A program made the position numbers and the translations under genes. Below are positions 41,501-43,917 of a stretch of DNA of 43,917 bases, in pieces. The DNA comes from Mesotaenium endlicherianum. Its lineage: Eukaryota. The notes beneath the pieces are model-generated. The model saw only the letters and a list, made by a program, of their open reading frames with translations. It searched no databases and was not told the DNA's origin. How positions within the stretch are numbered: position 1 is the stretch's first letter; each line of letters begins with the position of its first letter. Location of the stretch: positions 914,082 to 957,998 of the forward strand of contig WELA01001939.1 in NCBI GenBank assembly GCA_009602735.1, written 5' to 3'.

Positions 41501-43034
41501 CTTGTGCCCGTGCCGGTGCTGGTGCCGGTGCGGGCGCCGGTGCGGGTGCGGGTGCAGGTGCAGGTGCAGTGCGACGTGCAGCGCAGGAGCTGTGGGAGTT
41601 TCGATGCACTCATCCTTCGAGGTGGTGCTGCAGACAGGCCTCAGGGTTCAGGGTTCGGGGCTGGGTGCGGCGTGGTGCGGCGCAGCGGCCGGGCTGACTC
41701 ACCGGCGGGAATGTGGCCGACAGGTGTCTTCACGGCCTCCTGCCAGTCGCTCCTCTCCAGCAGCCCGTTCAACACCTGTCGGCCAGCCAGCCCGTCCCCC
41801 CACGCCAGCCCGCCAGCCAGCCAGCCCGTGTAAGTCAGCCCACTAGCCAGACAGCCATACAGCCAGAGGGCCAGAGGGCCAGCCTGGGCCAGAGAGCACG
41901 AAGTCGAGCTTCAGCACGTGCCCTCAGAGTCTCCCACACAAGCCCCACAAACACGCACACGCACACGCGCACGCGCACGGACACGCACGTGCGCTGTCAC
42001 ACGCACACGCACCAGCCACGCGTCTCTGAAAAACGTGGAGAGGGCCCCGGAGAAGGTTGGGGCCTGGTTGGGGTCTGGTTGGGGTCAGGTCGGGGTCCGA
42101 TTGGGTCAGGTAAGGTTGGGTCAGGTCGGGTCTGGTTGGGTCTGGTTCGGTCGGGTCAGGCTGGGCCCGATCGGAGTGTGGTTGGGTCTCCTTGGGGTGG
42201 GCTCAGTCCGCTCCCTCTCCCTCACTCGGGTGCAAGCAGGAGCAGCTAGCTGCCTTGTGAGATGCCGTAGCTTCGAGCTGGATGAGGCTACTTTGAGAAG
42301 GGGTGGGGAGGCTGCATGATGAACATGGGGCACGCATTGCCAGCTGGCAGGGCTGCAAGGGCCGCCAGCTGGCGGAGCTGCGAGGGTTGCCAGCTGGGGA
42401 GAGCCGGCGTGGATAGGCAGCTTGCGGAGGCAGTACGTGAAAGCACGCATGCATCGGTGTTTGTTCGTGCATGTGTGTGTGTGTGTGCGCATGTTGGTGT
42501 GCATGTGCGTGTGTGTTTGCGTGTGCGCAAGCGCGAATGCGTGACAGCAATAAAGCCAAGAAGAAGAAGGTGACACAGGCACTTGGCAGAGCCCAGCGTG
42601 AGTGTGCTGTCTGTGAGACGAGAGAACTCCGCCTGAATCCGAGAGCACCCTCTACACCACATAGTTGACGGCAAGTGATGCAAGATCCAAATTGAATTAG
42701 AATGACACTGAACCAGTATCAGATCAGATCGAGTGAGATTCCAATAGTAGCAGATTCATTTTGAATCAGATTCAAGCTGAACTAAGTTACGGTCGATTCG
42801 GATTCACATCGACAGCATCTACGCCACGTGCTTGGAGACAACGAGCTTGAAGTCGTTAAGATCAAGATTCAGAAATCCAGTGATTCAATGATTAAGACAT
42901 TCAGAGGTTCAGAGAATAGCTGCAAGGAAGCACCTCAGTGACGACGCCGTCTCCAGAGACGCACACGATGCCGTCATACGCTGACAGCTGGAGCTCCCTG
43001 GCCAGCGCCACCGCGTGGCGGAAGTACTCCGTCT
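35289..43034 (-). CDS. SPHK1: Sphingosine / long-chain-base kinase (SPHK-like), 3' part; one exon probably lost in gap 40039-40452
   Basis: Exons 43034-42934 ([15 protein letters not shown]), 41775-41703 ([11 protein letters not shown]...PVGHIPA), 41025-40939 ([10 protein letters not shown]), 39576-39506 ([17 protein letters not shown]), 37514-37152, 36944-36822 ([12 protein letters not shown]), 35483-35289 (GYLSVDGE...GLATFFSPI*). These are the sphingosine kinase motifs SGDG, PxGSGN, DxESExxRxxG and VDGE. Confidence 0.94.
39593..39765. repeat. (CA)n-type microsatellite, (UG)n on the SPHK sense strand, upstream of a 3' splice site
   Basis: Read directly. Similar tracts at 41945-42012, 43048-43156 and 43612-43735 also precede SPHK acceptors or lie in SPHK introns. 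Confidence 0.9.
42050..42205. repeat. Degenerate pentamer repeat (GGGTT/GGGTC/AGGTC) in SPHK intron
   Basis: ggttg gggtc tggtt ggggtc aggtc... shows 5-bp periodicity. Confidence 0.8.
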
Positions 43035-43917
43035 CTGCTCCCTCGCGTGCACACACGCACACACATACACACACACACGCACGCACGCACGCACGCACGC
43101 ACGCAGACACATGCACGCACGCACGTGCACACGCACACGCACGCGCACGCGTGCGCATTCTTGCATTCAGAATGCGCGCGAGTGCATCGTGCGTTGTGGA
43201 GACACGCTCCAGCGAGCGTGAGCATGTGCGTCTGTCGAGATACACACGCACTCCGAAATGAGCGCGAGTGCGGTCAAAGCCACGATACGCTTGGAATGAG
43301 CGTGAGCGCCTGCATCGTTGAGATACGCCCGAGATGAGCGTGGGTGCATGCATTGCCAGGATACACAGGGGTAGATTTGTGGAGGACACGCAGAGTGCAT
43401 AAATGCATGTCAGGGGCGCACATTGAGAGGGGCAGGCGCTCAGCACCCCCCGTCTGGCAGTGCCAAGGAGATGCAGGCACAGAAACGATAACAGGCGGTT
43501 GCGAGAAATCTTAGTCGAGGGGTACCACAGTAGCGAGCGATTGGTGGAGGGATCAACAGCCATCAGCCTAGGAGTGACGGACACGAAGCCGTGCACACAG
43601 AGACCAGTCGACATACGCACACACTCACACACACACACGCGCGCGCGCGCACACACACACACAAACACACACACGCGCGCACACACACATGCACACGCAC
43701 ACAAACAAAACAGAGTTTAACGCGCACACACGCACGACGCCTTGTAGGCACACGCAGACACCCACACCCGTGCGCGCGATCTCTTCCGCATGCGTGCAAC
43801 GACCACTTGACACACACGACCGCAGCAGGGACGTTTGCAAAGAGGACTGGGCCAGAGGAGGGGCTCGGGGAGCGGGCGGGTGGGGGAGGAGAGCCGAGAA
43901 GGGGGAAGAGGGGGGGA

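Overview
Eukaryotic, intron-rich, gene-dense draft-assembly window. The plant-type MIPS exon structure, plant-like LeuRS/ELF5/SPHK proteins, GC-rich exons and microsatellite-filled introns point to a green plant, most plausibly a streptophyte alga (inference). I reconstructed six spliced genes by hand. (1) The 3' part of cytosolic leucyl-tRNA synthetase (+, 856-5034); its last 1476 bp are duplicated across a single N, probably an assembly artefact. (2) WBP11/ELF5 splicing factor (-, 7590-13659). (3) NT5C3-type HAD pyrimidine/m7GMP 5'-nucleotidase (+, 14551-21413). (4) A 660-aa class I SAM methyltransferase resembling the fungal AusD/Trt5/AdrK family, with three large low-complexity insertions (-, 21739-24887). 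(5) Myo-inositol-1-phosphate synthase, 510 aa, 10 exons, one GC-AG intron (-, 28527-33131). (6) The 3' part of a sphingosine kinase (-, 35289-43034). A possible small spliced gene or lncRNA lies at about 25.7-27.2 kb. The most notable points are the fungal-like methyltransferase, 3' splice sites that lack polypyrimidine tracts in introns with complementary C/CA-rich and G/UG-rich blocks, and two duplicated exon-intron junctions in the nucleotidase gene. I saw no CRISPR array, tRNA, rRNA or recognisable transposase. All family assignments come from motif recognition, not database searches.
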